Shown here one piece after another: positions 9,827 through 20,169 of a stretch of DNA of 64,000 bases. Within the stretch, counting starts at the first letter, position 1. Each line of letters begins with the position of its first letter. The translations under genes were made by a program, and so were the position numbers. A model generated the notes under the pieces. That model worked only from the letters and a program-made list of their open reading frames with translations. It was not told where the DNA came from and did no database searches. Source of the stretch: an uncultured Candidatus Rokubacteria bacterium (GTDB lineage Bacteria > Methylomirabilota > Methylomirabilia > Rokubacteriales > DASRDR01); NCBI GenBank assembly GCA_963708025.1, contig CAVPSB010000018.1, positions 352,001 to 416,000 on the forward strand, read 5' to 3'.

Positions 9827-11049
9827 TATCCGGGCCGCTCGCGACGCTCCGCGCCTTCGTCGCTCACTCGGGAGAACACCCGCTCGAGGAAGTCGAGGTA
9901 CCGCTGCGTGATGCTCGGCCAGCGATACCGCGCCTCGACGTAGGCCCGCCCGCGCTCGCCGAGAGCCTTGCGGAGCCCCTCGTCGGCGACGAGGGCGTCC
10001 AGGCGCGTCGCGAAGTCGGCGGGGCTACCGTCGTAGAGCAGGCCCCCGCCCGAGCGCTCGACGTGGCCGCGGAGGACCGGCGAGCGCGACGTCGCCAGGA
10101 CCGGCGTCCCCTGGGCCCAGGCCTCGAGGAGCACGAAGGAGAAGCTCTCGTGGGGCGACGGCATGACGAGGGCGGTGGCGCCCGTCAGCGCATCCCACTT
10201 CTCCGCCTCCGGGCGGAAGCCGAGCGCCCGCAGGTCGGGGTGGCGCGGGAGCCGCATGGCGGCGGTGCCCATGAGCACCAGCGAGAGCGGCTCCCGGCTG
10301 CGGGCGCGCCAGGCCAGGAACGCGTCGGCCAGCGCTCCGCAGCCTTTCTCGACGTCGACCCGGCCCACGTACAGGAGGTACGGCCCGGCCAGCCCCGTCT
10401 GCCGGCGGAACCGGTCGGGCTGGGCGTCGGGGACCGGGTCCACGCCGCCGCCGATGACGGCGGACGGGATGTGGCCGGTGCGGAATCGGGACTCCACGAA
10501 CGCCTTCTCCTCCTCGACCTGGAACACGAAGGCGCGCGGGAGCCGGAAGAGGCCCCGGAAGAGGTCGAGGTAGATCGGGCGCTCGTCGTGGGCGGTCGGC
10601 ACCAGCACGGCCTTGTGGGCGACCAGCGGGAGGCCGAGGACCGTGGGCAGGTAGAGGTAGGTGAAGAAGAGGAAGCCGTCGTGGTCGTCGGCGTGGTCCC
10701 GGATCCAGTCGACCAGCGAGAGGGCGAGCGGGCCCTGGCGGCGCACCCACTCCGCCTCGTCGAACCAGGTGTGCGGACGGGCGTAGAGCCGGTCGGCGTA
10801 GCGCCCGAACGCGCGGACGCGGCGCGGGCGTTCGACGGGGAATCGCCGCACCCGAACCCCGTGCACGGTCTCGACCCCGGGCCGGTAGACGTTCCGCCAG
10901 GTCGGGTAGTCGCGGGCGCAGGTGGTGAGGACCTCGACGTCGTGATGCGGAGCCAGGGCCTCGGCCACGCGGCGGCACTCGTACTCGGCGCCCCCGTCGA
11001 TCTCGGGGCCGTAGCGCTGCACCACGAAGGCGAGCTTGAGCCGCTTCAT
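9826..11049 (-). CDS. GT4 glycosyltransferase
   Basis: AFVVQRYG...GGAE, YVGRVDVEKG and ESFSFVLLEAW motifs. Confidence 0.9.
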   Translation of the reverse strand: MKRLKLAFVVQRYGPEIDGGAEYECRRVAEALAPHHDVEVLTTCARDYPTWRNVYRPGVETVHGVRVRRFPVERPRRVRAFGRYADRLYARPHTWFDEAEWVRRQGPLALSLVDWIRDHADDHDGFLFFTYLYLPTVLGLPLVAHKAVLVPTAHDERPIYLDLFRGLFRLPRAFVFQVEEEKAFVESRFRTGHIPSAVIGGGVDPVPDAQPDRFRRQTGLAGPYLLYVGRVDVEKGCGALADAFLAWRARSREPLSLVLMGTAAMRLPRHPDLRALGFRPEAEKWDALTGATALVMPSPHESFSFVLLEAWAQGTPVLATSRSPVLRGHVERSGGGLLYDGSPADFATRLDALVADEGLRKALGERGRAYVEARYRWPSITQRYLDFLERVFSRVSDEGAERRERPG

Positions 11050-12113
11050 GGCCCGGTCAGCGCGTCGAGGTGAGCCCGGAACCCGGCGCCGATCACCGCG
11101 GTGTCGAATGCCTTCAGCCGCTCGCGCTGGCCGGCGACGACGGCGTCCCTCAGCACCGGCTCGGCCACCACCCGGTGGATCAGCTCGGCGATCATCGGGA
11201 AGTCCGCCTCCTCGACCAGGAGGCCGGCGCCGCCCAGGGTTCCCGGGACGCCGGCGGCCGCGTAGGCGACGATGGGCACCCCGAAGTGCATCGCCTCCAG
11301 CAGGGGCACGCAGAAGCCCTCGTGCTCGGACATCGACAGGTAGACGGCGGCGAGGCGGTAGTAGGTGCAGAGCTCCGCCTGCGGCACCGAGCCCGTGAAC
11401 ACCACGCCGTCCAGGACTCCCAGCTCGGCCGCCAGCTTCTGCAAGCCGGCCAGGTACCCCTCGGTGTCGACGGCCGAGCCGACGACGATGAGGCGGCTCC
11501 CGGGATCGAGGCGCCGGTAGAAGTAGTAGATCTTGATCAGGTGCTCGATGCGCTTGTTGGGGGCGATCCGGCCGACGTAGAGGAGGTTCGTCCCCTGACG
11601 ATAGCTCTGCTCCAGGGCGCGGACCGGCGGGTGGCCGTAGCTGGGCCAGTCGAGCAGGATGGGCAGGACGCCGGTCCGCCGGAAGCCGGCCGCCTCCAGC
11701 TCCCGCCGGTTGAACTCGGAGACCCCGAGGGCGAGGTCCGTGACCGCGGCCAGGCGCTGGAGCTCCCACCGTCCCCGGCGGCAGCGGTCGGCGACGCGGG
11801 CGTTGACACCGACGAAGTACTCGGGCGGCGTGATGTTGTGGTACACGAGCACCTTGCGGTCGGGGAGCCCGGCGAAGAAGCTGGTGACCTCGGAGCCGAT
11901 CGAGAAGTGGAACAGCACGACGTTCCGCGGATCGGCGAGGTCGCGGTAGCGGGTGAAGAAGCGGGTGTCCCGGACGAGGCTCTCGTGGATGTACTGCGCG
12001 AAGACCTCGGAGGCGTAGCCCCAGCCGCGCAGGAGCCCGCGGAGCGCCCGGATGTGGTTGCCGATGGCGTCGCCGACGTCGAAGTTGGAGGTGAGCTGGT
12101 GGACGGCGCTCAT
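11046..12113 (-). CDS. GT4 glycosyltransferase
   Basis: GDAIGN, YHNITPPEYF, VGRIAPNK and SEHEGFCVPLLEAM motifs. Confidence 0.92.
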   Translation of the reverse strand: MSAVHQLTSNFDVGDAIGNHIRALRGLLRGWGYASEVFAQYIHESLVRDTRFFTRYRDLADPRNVVLFHFSIGSEVTSFFAGLPDRKVLVYHNITPPEYFVGVNARVADRCRRGRWELQRLAAVTDLALGVSEFNRRELEAAGFRRTGVLPILLDWPSYGHPPVRALEQSYRQGTNLLYVGRIAPNKRIEHLIKIYYFYRRLDPGSRLIVVGSAVDTEGYLAGLQKLAAELGVLDGVVFTGSVPQAELCTYYRLAAVYLSMSEHEGFCVPLLEAMHFGVPIVAYAAAGVPGTLGGAGLLVEEADFPMIAELIHRVVAEPVLRDAVVAGQRERLKAFDTAVIGAGFRAHLDALTGP

Positions 12114-13309
12114 CCGAGCTTCGCCCCCAGGCGGTTCAGGACGTCCAGGTAGTTGCCGGTCACCCGCTCCCAGGTGAAGTTCGCCAGCACGTACGCGCGC
12201 CCGTTCTCGGCCATCCGCCGGCGGAGGGTCTCGTCGCCCAGGAGCAGCTCGACCGCCTCGACGAACTCGAAGTAGTCGCCGAAGAAGAGCCCGCCGTTCG
12301 ACGCCAGGCAGTGCTCGCGGGTCACCGGGCAGCCGGCAGTGGACCAGGACGGGGGCGCCGGCCGAGCCAGGCCTCCATCATGACGATGGAGAAGCTCTCC
12401 AGCAGCGAGGGCTGGCAGAGGGCCAGGGCCGCCGCGTAGGCGTCGAGCTTGTCCTGGGCCGGCACGAAGCCGAGGTCGAGGACGTCCCGGCCGAGGCGCT
12501 CGGGAACGCGGACGCCGCCCGCGCCGATCAGCACGAGCTTGAGCGGGCTGCTCCGGGTGCGTGAAGCGATACCGGGCGTAGTACTCGACCAGCAGCGGCG
12601 TGTTCTTCTCGCGCGCCTTCCGGCCGGCGTAGAGCAGGAAGGGGTCGCGGATGCCGTACTTCCGCCGGAACCGCGCGCCGTCGCCGGCGAGGTCGGTGTC
12701 CACGCCCTCGCCGACCAGGACGGAAGTTCCCGGACTCGCGACCGGCCACCGCCTCCCCGAGCGCCCGCTCGGCCGGGACGTGGAAGCACACGGCCCGGAC
12801 CGCGCGCAGGACCCGGCGCGTCCAGCGCGAGGTGGGCGAACGGCTCGTCGTGGAGGCAGGGGATCAGGAGCGAGCGGTCCGGCGCGACCAGCGCCCCCTC
12901 CCAGGTCGTGCCGAAGCAGTAGGGGATGAAGGCGTACCAGTAGCGATCGCGCTCGGCGGCCAGGTAGGCGTAGAGGTCGTTCGAGTTGACCGACTCCCGG
13001 ACGAAGTCCTCCTCCTCGAAGGAGGTGAGGCGGCCCCCGAGCTGGAGCCGCCAGTGGAGGCGCACGTAGCGCTCCGGATCGCGCGGCCGGACCTTGAAGC
13101 GGCGGACGGTCAGGCCGTCCTCCTCGGTCACGCCCTCCGGGTGGTGGTCGCTCCACTCCGAGGCGTGGTCCCGCGCGCAGGTGGTCAGGATCTCCACCGG
13201 CACCCCGCGGGCGGCCAGCGCCCGGGCGGTGGCCCGGCACTCGGCCTCGGCGCCGCCGGCGATGCCGGCGCCCGTACCAGGGGGTGACGAAGGCGAGGGT
13301 GTCAGGCAA
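12110..13309 (-). CDS. GT4 glycosyltransferase (frameshifted)
   Basis: AFVTPWYG, GGAEAEC, IPCLHDEP and QPSLLESFSIVMMEAW pieces in different frames. Confidence 0.8.
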   Translation of the reverse strand: MPDTLAFVTPWYGRRHRRRRRGRVPGHRPGAGRPRGAGGDPDHLRAGPRLGVERPPPGGRDRGGRPDRPPLQGPAARSGALRAPPLAAPARGPPHLLRGGGLRPGVGQLERPLRLPGRRARSLLVRLHPLLLRHDLGGGAGRAGPLAPDPLPPRRAVRPPRAGRAGSCARSGPCASTSRPSGRSGRRWPVASPGTSVLVGEGVDTDLAGDGARFRRKYGIRDPFLLYAGRKAREKNTPLLVEYYARYRFTHPEQPAQARADRRGRRPRSRAPRPGRPRPRLRAGPGQARRLRGGPGPLPALAAGELLHRHDGGLARPAPPSWSTAGCPVTREHCLASNGGLFFGDYFEFVEAVELLLGDETLRRRMAENGRAYVLANFTWERVTGNYLDVLNRLGAKLG

Positions 13310-14487
13310 CCAGCTTCTCCAGCGTGTCGCGGAGCCGCGCGGTCACGGCGGGCCAGGCGTACTCCGTCTCCACGTACGTCCGGCCCTGGGCGGCCAGCCG
13401 CGCGCGCAGCGGGGCGTCCTCGAGGAGGCGGGTCAGCGCCTCGGCGAACTCGTAGAAGTCGCCGAAGGCGAGACCGCCGCCGGCCTGGAAGACGTGGTGG
13501 GTCGTGACCGGACAGTCGGCGTGGACGAGCACGGGCGTCCCGGCCAGCCAGGCCTCCATGAGCACGATCGAGAACGACTCGTTGAGCGACGGCTGGCAGA
13601 CGACCGTGGCCGCGGCGTAGGCCGCGGCCTTGTCGGCCGGCTCCAGGTAGCCCAGGTCGCGGCACACCCTCGGCGCCGGGGGGCACCGTCACCGGCCCGT
13701 CCCCGGCCAGGACGAGGGTGAGGTCGCGGCGGTGGGTCTCGCGGTAGCGGCGGACGTACTCGATCAGGAGGTGCGACGTTCTTGCCCAGCTCCTTCCGGC
13801 CGAGATAGAGGAGGAGCGGGCCCTCGAGGCGGTGCCGTCGCCGGAAGCGCGCCGGGACGCTCGGGTCCGGCGGCGGGCGGCGGGTCGAAGCCGAGGCCGA
13901 CCACGCCCGACGGCCGGTCGCCGATGTCGTAGAGCTTCGCGGGCCAGCGCGGCCTCGGGCGCCGAGTTGAAGATGAAGCCACGGCAGGCCTCGACCATCG
14001 CCCGGACGACGCCCAGGTAGGCGAACGGCTCGTCGTGGAGACACGGGATGAGCGCGGCGCGCTCGGGCACGAGCTGGACGCCCCAGAGCGTGGTGCCGAA
14101 GAGGTAGGGGGCGAAGCAGACGACGTCGTAGGCGGCGCGGTGGCGGACCAGGTGGGCGTAGAGGTCGGGGCTCGAGACCGACTCCTCGGCCCAGGCGAGC
14201 TCGTCGTCCACGCTGAGGCGCCCCCCCATCAGGATGCGCTTCTGGAGCCAGCCGAAGCGCCGCTCGTTCCGCGGCTTGACCGGGAACCGGTGGACGGTGA
14301 CGCCGCCCTCCCGGGCGGCGCCGGGGCGGTGCGTGTTCTTCCAGGTGAGGTGATCGCGGGCGCAGGTGGTCAGCACCTCGACCCGGGTGCCGGCGACGGC
14401 CAGGTGCTCGGCGAGGCCGCGGGTCAGGGTCTCGGCGCCCCCGACGATGCCCTCCCCGTAGCGCGGCACGACGAACGCGACGTTCAC
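13302..14487 (-). CDS. GT4 glycosyltransferase (frameshifted)
   Basis: AFVVPRYG...GGAETL, IPCLHDEP and QPSLNESFSIVLMEAW; paralog of its neighbour. Confidence 0.8.
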
Positions 14488-14498
14488 GGACTGTCCAA

Positions 14499-14550
14499 CA
14501 GGGGGGGAGTCCCAACCACTCCCCCCCTGGACCCCCCCACCTGGGGGTCG
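14499..14550 (-). repeat. Repeat family D, short intergenic copy
   Basis: CAGGGGGGGAGTCCCAACCACTCCCCCCCTGGACCCCCCCACCTGGGGGTCG; hairpin; matches 4564-4674. Confidence 0.85.
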
Positions 14551-14575
14551 CTCGGCCACGCGGGCGATCTCGGGC

Positions 14576-15950
14576 TCATCGCTTGCGGCCGATCACGGCG
14601 TAGTCCTGGGCGCCCCACAGGAGGTCGTTCAGCCGCGCGAAGTTGTCGTTGAGGGCCTGGAGGAACGCCTCCTCGTAGCGGCGCATGTACCAGAGCGGCT
14701 CCAGCGGCTGGAGCTTCATGTCCGGCGGGTACGGGTTCACGTACCGCACCTCGACCTCGCGGAAGCCGGCCGCCTCCAGGACGAAGCGGGCCGCCTCCGG
14801 GTGGATCGGCTTGATGTGGGTCAGATCGACGTAGAAGGCGCCCGAGAAGACGGTGAGGCACGCCGGATTCGGCGTCTCGCAGAGGAGGACGCCGCCCGGC
14901 CGGAGCTTCTGGCGTGGGCCAGCCGGACGAGGGCGACCAGGGCCTCCGGCGGCAGGTGCTCGATGACCTGGGCGCAGAAGATGCCGCCCAGCGTCCCGTC
15001 GGGCAGCTGCCGGCCGAGGTAGGCGAGCGCGTCGGCCTGCTCGACGTCGAGCCCGGCCTCGCGGCAGGTCGCCACCATGCCGGCGTCGGTGTCGATCCCG
15101 CGGGCCTCCATCTTGGCCTCGCCGGCAGAGCTCCAGGAACTCGCCCCGGCCGCAGCCGACGTCCAGCACGGGACCGGCCGGGAAGAGGTCGAGGTAGGCG
15201 CGCTGGCGCTGCCGGATCTGCTCGCGGCTTCCCCGGTGGCGATCCTCGAACCGGAGGTACGCCTCGCCGGAGCAGGCGGCCGGCGTCCGGCGGGACGACC
15301 GGCCGGGGGGCCAGCGCGATCGCGCCGCCCGGGGCCCGGGCCCGGTCGACGGCGGCTCTGCAGCCGAGCCAGCTCGCCGCCCATCGCCTCGATGCGCTCC
15401 GGCCAGCTCGCGGTGGCGCTTCTGCTCCTCGGCGTGCGTCGACGGTCAGCCGCTCGTGCGTCGCCAGCGACAGCTCCTCGAGCTGGCGCGGAGACCCGAC
15501 CAGCCCGTCCTGGAGCTGGTCGCGCACCGGCAGGACGAAGGCGTTCAGGAGGTGGAGGAGCGTGCGTGTTGAACTCGACCTGCGGGCGCAGGACCATGGC
15601 GGTGTAGGGCCGGGTGGCCTGGCGGAGGAGCCGCTTGGCGCCGACGATGACCGGGCCCAGGCCCCGCCCGGTGCGAGGTGATGGCCGGCGTCGCGGTGGT
15701 GTCCCAGACGTCGTTCAGGGCGGCCAGGTGGTGACTCGACCTCCTCGTGGAAGCCGGGCAGGACCTCGGTGACCTCCAGCTCCATCTGGGCGATGCGCCG
15801 GACCTCGTCCTCGGAGTAGAAGCCGGAGGCGCGCCGCTCCCGGACCCGCGTCTTGATCTCCTCCATCAGCCGGGCGACGTCGACCGCGCCCGTCCCTGTC
15901 GTCTGGTCGGCCACGCGGGCGGCGTCGGGGCTCGGGGTGCGCACGCTCAC
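14576..15950 (-). CDS. Coiled-coil plus class I methyltransferase (glycan chain-terminating type; frameshifted)
   Basis: DVARLMEEIKTRV N-terminus; LDVGCGRGEFLE, QVIEHL, ETPNP and FYVDLTH; adjacent to wzt. Confidence 0.75.
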
Positions 15951-17215
15951 GGCGGCACCCCCGCCCTCCACCCGGCGTCCGCCAGGTGTGCGCCAGCCGC
16001 GCCACGCCGGTGTCCTTGACCCGCGACCGCACCGCGAAGGCGTAGAGGCGGCAGTGGTAGTCGTACGGGTGGCCGTCCCGGGCGTGGGCGGCGACGTCCA
16101 GCAGGTACTCGCCCTCGATCAGGTCCAGCCGCTGGATCTCCATGGCGAGGTCGCCCTCCCCCGCCAGCTTGCCGAGATGGAGCCCGTCGATCGCGGTGTT
16201 GGTGCCGTAGCAGCAGACGCCGTCCTTCCGGAACACGCCGATCCCGAACACCGGGTCCTCGATCGGTCGCGGTGGCCCGCCAGTCGAGGTGGACCGTGCA
16301 GGCCTCGCCGGCGTCGTAGAGATAGCGCTCGGCGCCGGCGGCGTCGAGCAGGCGGACCCGGGTGATCTCGACCTCGCGGCTGCCCCAGCGCTGCGCGGTG
16401 CCGGCGGCGGCCTGCGCCTCGGCCTCCCGGTGGTCGGCGCCCAGCGCCTGGGCCTCTTCGCTGGCCACGTGGTTCAGGTACCCGTCGATGACCTGGCGTG
16501 TCCCGCCGTGGGCCATGAGTCGCCCCTGGTGCAGCCACACCGCCTCGTCGCACAGCCGCTCGACGCTGCCCAGGTCGTGGGTGACGAGGACGATGGTCTT
16601 GCCCCGCGCCTTGAACTCCTGGATCTTGCCCACGCACTTGTGCTGGAAGGCCTCGTCGCCGACCGCCAGGACCTCGTCGATCAGGAGGATGTCGGGATCC
16701 ACGGTGACGGCGATGGCGAAGCCGAGCCGCATGTACATGCCCGACGAGTAGGTCTTGACGGGGTTGTCGATGAAGGCGTCGAGCCCGGCGAAGGTCACGA
16801 TCTCGTCGAAGCGCTCCCGGATCTCGGTCCGGGAGAGCCCGAGCAGGATCCCGTTGACGTAGATGTTCTCCCGCCCGGTGAACTCCGGGTGGAACCCCGC
16901 CCCCAGCTCGATCAGGGCCGAGACCCGGCCCGCGACCGCGATGGAGCCGCTGGTGGGCTTCAGGATCCCGCCGACCAGCTTGAGCAGGGTCGACTTGCCG
17001 GAGCCGTTCGAGCCGATGATGCCGACCATCCGCCCCCGCGCCAGCTCGAGGCTCACGTCCCGGACGGCCCACAGCTCCTCGCCGCCGAACAGGCGGCCAC
17101 GGCCGCCCCGGACGAACAGGTCCTTCACGGTGAAGACCTCCCGGCCCCGGTGGAGCCGGAAGCGCTTGGAGACACCGCGGACGGCAACGGCGATGTCGGG
17201 AGACGGCGCGGCCAC
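15947..17215 (-). CDS. wzt: Polysaccharide ABC exporter ATPase with Wzt C-terminal domain (frameshift near 16262)
   Basis: GSNGSGKSTLLK, YSSGMYMRLGFA and DEVLAVGD motifs; C-terminal FGIGVFRKDG...YGTNT in a second frame. Confidence 0.9.
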   Translation of the reverse strand: MAAPSPDIAVAVRGVSKRFRLHRGREVFTVKDLFVRGGRGRLFGGEELWAVRDVSLELARGRMVGIIGSNGSGKSTLLKLVGGILKPTSGSIAVAGRVSALIELGAGFHPEFTGRENIYVNGILLGLSRTEIRERFDEIVTFAGLDAFIDNPVKTYSSGMYMRLGFAIAVTVDPDILLIDEVLAVGDEAFQHKCVGKIQEFKARGKTIVLVTHDLGSVERLCDEAVWLHQGRLMAHGGTRQVIDGYLNHVASEEAQALGADHREAEAQAAAGTAQRWGSREVEITRVRLLDAAGAERYLYDAGEACTVHLDWRATATDRGPGVRDRRVPEGRRLLLRHQHRDRRAPSRQAGGGGRPRHGDPAAGPDRGRVPAGRRRPRPGRPPVRLPLPPLRLRGAVAGQGHRRGAAGAHLADAGWRAGVPP

Positions 17216-17222
17216 GGGTCGC

Positions 17223-18029
17223 CTACACCTCCTCGGCCAGGCCGTCGCGGAGCCGCTCGAAGATCTGGTAGCCGCCCCAGAACGTGACGACGGCCATGAT
17301 CGTCACCATGCCGAGGTGGATCCAGTGCGGCTCCCGGCCGAAGAAGATCACGTTCTGGTATCCCTGGACGAGCCCGGCCACCGGGTTCAGGAAGTAGAGC
17401 GGGCGGAGGGGGATGGTCAGCGCCTCGCCGAGCCGCAGGTGGACCGGGACCGTCGAGACGGGGTAGAGGATCGGCGAGAGGAAGAACAGCAGCACGAGGC
17501 CGTTGGCCAGGATCTGCTCGATGTCGCGGAGGTGGACGTTGAGCGCGGCGAGCGGCAAGGCCAGGCCGACCGTGAGCAGGAGCTGGATCGCGAGCAGCAG
17601 CGGCAGGAAGGCCAGCATGGCGGTGGGGCGGATGCCGAAGACGAGGAGAAAGACGAGGAGGAGAGGCAGCGTCAGCACCAGGTTCACCAGGTTCGATAGC
17701 ACCGAGACCAGCGGCAGGATCTCGGCCGGGAACAGGATCCGCTTGACCAGGGACCCGGAGCCGACGATCACACCGGTGGCATGCCCGAGGGAGGAGGAGA
17801 ACCAGAGCCAGGGCAGGAGGCCCGTGATCAGGAAGACGGCGTAGTTCTCCATGGGGACGCGGAGGTACACCGCGAAGACCAGGACGTAGACGAGCATCAG
17901 CATCAAGGGGTTGAGGAACGACCAGAGGAAGCCCAGGACGGAGCCCCGGTAGCGCGCGCGCAGCTCCCGGAGGACCAGGGTGACGATGAGCGTGCGGAAG
18001 CGGTACAGCTCGGTGAGTCGTGCTGCCAT
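17223..18029 (-). CDS. wzm: Polysaccharide ABC exporter permease
   Basis: RELRARYRGSVLGFLWSFLNPL, SPILYP, LNPV; six TM segments. Confidence 0.93.
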   Translation of the reverse strand: MAARLTELYRFRTLIVTLVLRELRARYRGSVLGFLWSFLNPLMLMLVYVLVFAVYLRVPMENYAVFLITGLLPWLWFSSSLGHATGVIVGSGSLVKRILFPAEILPLVSVLSNLVNLVLTLPLLLVFLLVFGIRPTAMLAFLPLLLAIQLLLTVGLALPLAALNVHLRDIEQILANGLVLLFFLSPILYPVSTVPVHLRLGEALTIPLRPLYFLNPVAGLVQGYQNVIFFGREPHWIHLGMVTIMAVVTFWGGYQIFERLRDGLAEEV

Positions 18030-18075
18030 GACCTTCAATCTTAACGCGGAGACGGGCGGTTGCCCGCCTGGGAAG

Positions 18076-19020
18076 TTAGACCCGGGATCGCCAATCCGTC
18101 AGCACGTCGGCGAGGCTCTGCTCGAGGGGAATTTCGGGCTTCCAGCCGGTCAGGGCGCGGAGGCGACCGGCGTCCCCGAGCAACAGCGGCAGATCGATGG
18201 GTCGAACGCGCTCCGGCGCCACCCGCACCTCGATGGGACGCCCGGCCAGCGCCAGGAAGGCGTCCACCACCTCGCGGATGGCGACCGCCCGCCCGGATGC
18301 CGCGTTGTAGACCTCGCCGGGCGTGGCGTGCTCGAGGCAGAGCCAGTAGGCGCGGACCATGTCCCGCACGTCGGTGAAGTCGCGGCGGGTCGTCAAGGTT
18401 CCGACCTCGAGCACGGGGGGGGCGAGCCCCTTGTCGATCGCCGCCACCTGGCGGCCGATGTCACTGCAGACGAAGCCCGGTCCCTGCCGGGGGCCGATGT
18501 GATTGAAGGCGCGCACGATCGCGATGGGCAGCCTCTCGGCCCGGACGTAGTAGGAGGCGTAGGCCTCCTGGCAGGCTTTCGAGAGCGCGTAGGGCGATAG
18601 CGGCCTCACCGGCTGGGCCTCGGTGATCGGCTGGGCGCCCTCGGGGACGGCGCCGTACAGCTCCGCCGACGAGACGAGCAGGCAGGGGGCGGGCATCGCC
18701 CGGAGCCCCTCGAAGAGCTGAAAGGTTCCTTCCAGGTTCTGGCGGAGGACGTCGGCCCGCTGGGCCCAGGACGTTCCCACCACGCTGGCTCCGGCCAGGT
18801 GGAAGACCCGGTCGGGTCGGATCTCGGCCAGCACGGCTGCCGCCTCGCCCGGCTCGGTCAGGTCGCAGGGAATGGCTTGGACGGACGTCTGGATCGCCGC
18901 CAGGTTGGTGACCGGCGCGCCGGGGAGGGTGGTCCCCACCACCTCGGCGCCTTCGTCGAGGGCCAGCCTGGCCAGGTGACTGCCGGCGAAACCCGCGATC
19001 CCGGTAATGAACACCTTCAC
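18076..19020 (-). CDS. GDP-sugar SDR (Rmd/GDP-mannose dehydratase-like)
   Basis: ITGIAGFAGSHL, SPYALSK, RAFNHIGPRQ and RDFTDVRD motifs. Confidence 0.88.
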   Translation of the reverse strand: MKVFITGIAGFAGSHLARLALDEGAEVVGTTLPGAPVTNLAAIQTSVQAIPCDLTEPGEAAAVLAEIRPDRVFHLAGASVVGTSWAQRADVLRQNLEGTFQLFEGLRAMPAPCLLVSSAELYGAVPEGAQPITEAQPVRPLSPYALSKACQEAYASYYVRAERLPIAIVRAFNHIGPRQGPGFVCSDIGRQVAAIDKGLAPPVLEVGTLTTRRDFTDVRDMVRAYWLCLEHATPGEVYNAASGRAVAIREVVDAFLALAGRPIEVRVAPERVRPIDLPLLLGDAGRLRALTGWKPEIPLEQSLADVLTDWRSRV

Positions 19021-19048
19021 CGGAACGCTCCTTCGACTAGAGGTCTAT

Positions 19049-19215
19049 GGGCCGGGCCGAGAACCGAGCAGCCCTAGGACGCAGGGAGTCCCCGACCGCA
19101 GGCGTACTCCTAGTACGCCGAGGATCGGGGACGACCCCAAAGGCCGAAGGCCGTCCGAACGACGACGCGATGCGACGCTCATCGGCCCCGCCCGAGGACG
19201 AACGGATGCGAAGGC
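19049..19215 (+). repeat. Palindromic repeat family A, copy 4 (unit B at 19136-19156 plus a duplicated right arm)
   Basis: Homologous to copies 2, 3 and 5; abuts the CTA stop at 19216. Confidence 0.9.
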
Positions 19216-20169
19216 CTACACACGCTCACGCCAGTAGTCGAGCAGGTCCTTCATGGTCACCTCGAACGGGATCGTCGGCTGCCAGCCGGTGGCCCGCTGG
19301 AAGCGCGTGCAGTCCCCCAGCAGGACCTCGACGTCCGAGGGCCGCAGTCGGTCCGGGTCCTCGCGGACCTCGACCTGGGCGGGGGTCAGGCTCAGCAAGA
19401 TGTCGAGCACGCTCCGGACCGTGTAAGCGCGACCCGCACAGATATTGTAAACCTCGCCCGGCTCTCCGTGCTCCAGGGCCAGCCAGTAGGCGCGCACCAT
19501 GTCGCGGACGTCCGTGAAGTCCCGCGTGGCTCCCAGGTTTCCGACCCAGACCACCGGCTCCCGGCGCCCCTTCTCGATCGCCGCGATCTGGCGGGCGAAG
19601 TTCGAGGTCACGAAGACCTCGCCGCGCCGGGGACCGGTATGGTTGAACCCGCGCGTCCGCACGGCGTGCAGCCGGTGGCTCATCCAGTACTGGTAGGCCA
19701 GGTAGTCCTGCGCGACCTTCGACACGGCGTAGGGTGACAGCGGCCGGAGCGGGTTCTCCTCCCGGATCGGCACCTCGTCCTTGTGGACGAGGCCGTATTC
19801 CTCGCTGGACCCGGCGATCTGCACCCGCGTCGGGAGGCCCAGCTCGCGGATGGCCTCGAAGAGGTTGAGCTGACAGGTCAGGTTGCCGGTGATGGTCTCG
19901 CTGGGGGAGGACCAGGACGTCAGGACGTAGCTCTGCGCGGCCAGGTGGAAGATCCGATCCGGGTGGACCGCGCTCAGCATCCGGCGGACGCCGCCGGCGT
20001 CGCGGAGATCGCACTCGACGAGCCTGATCCCGTCCCGCAGGTGCTCGATGTTATCCATCCGGCTCCGCCAGCGGTGGGTGCCAACGACCTCGACGTCGCC
20101 GCGAGCCACCAGGTAGTCGGCCAGGTGGCTGCCGACGAAGCCCGTGACGCCCGTGATCAGCACTCGCAT
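19216..20169 (-). CDS. GDP-sugar SDR (Rmd/GDP-mannose dehydratase-like), paralog 2
   Basis: ITGVTGFVGSHL, HLAAQSYV, GSSEEYG, SPYAVSK and RGFNHTGPRRG motifs. Confidence 0.9.
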   Translation of the reverse strand: MRVLITGVTGFVGSHLADYLVARGDVEVVGTHRWRSRMDNIEHLRDGIRLVECDLRDAGGVRRMLSAVHPDRIFHLAAQSYVLTSWSSPSETITGNLTCQLNLFEAIRELGLPTRVQIAGSSEEYGLVHKDEVPIREENPLRPLSPYAVSKVAQDYLAYQYWMSHRLHAVRTRGFNHTGPRRGEVFVTSNFARQIAAIEKGRREPVVWVGNLGATRDFTDVRDMVRAYWLALEHGEPGEVYNICAGRAYTVRSVLDILLSLTPAQVEVREDPDRLRPSDVEVLLGDCTRFQRATGWQPTIPFEVTMKDLLDYWRERV

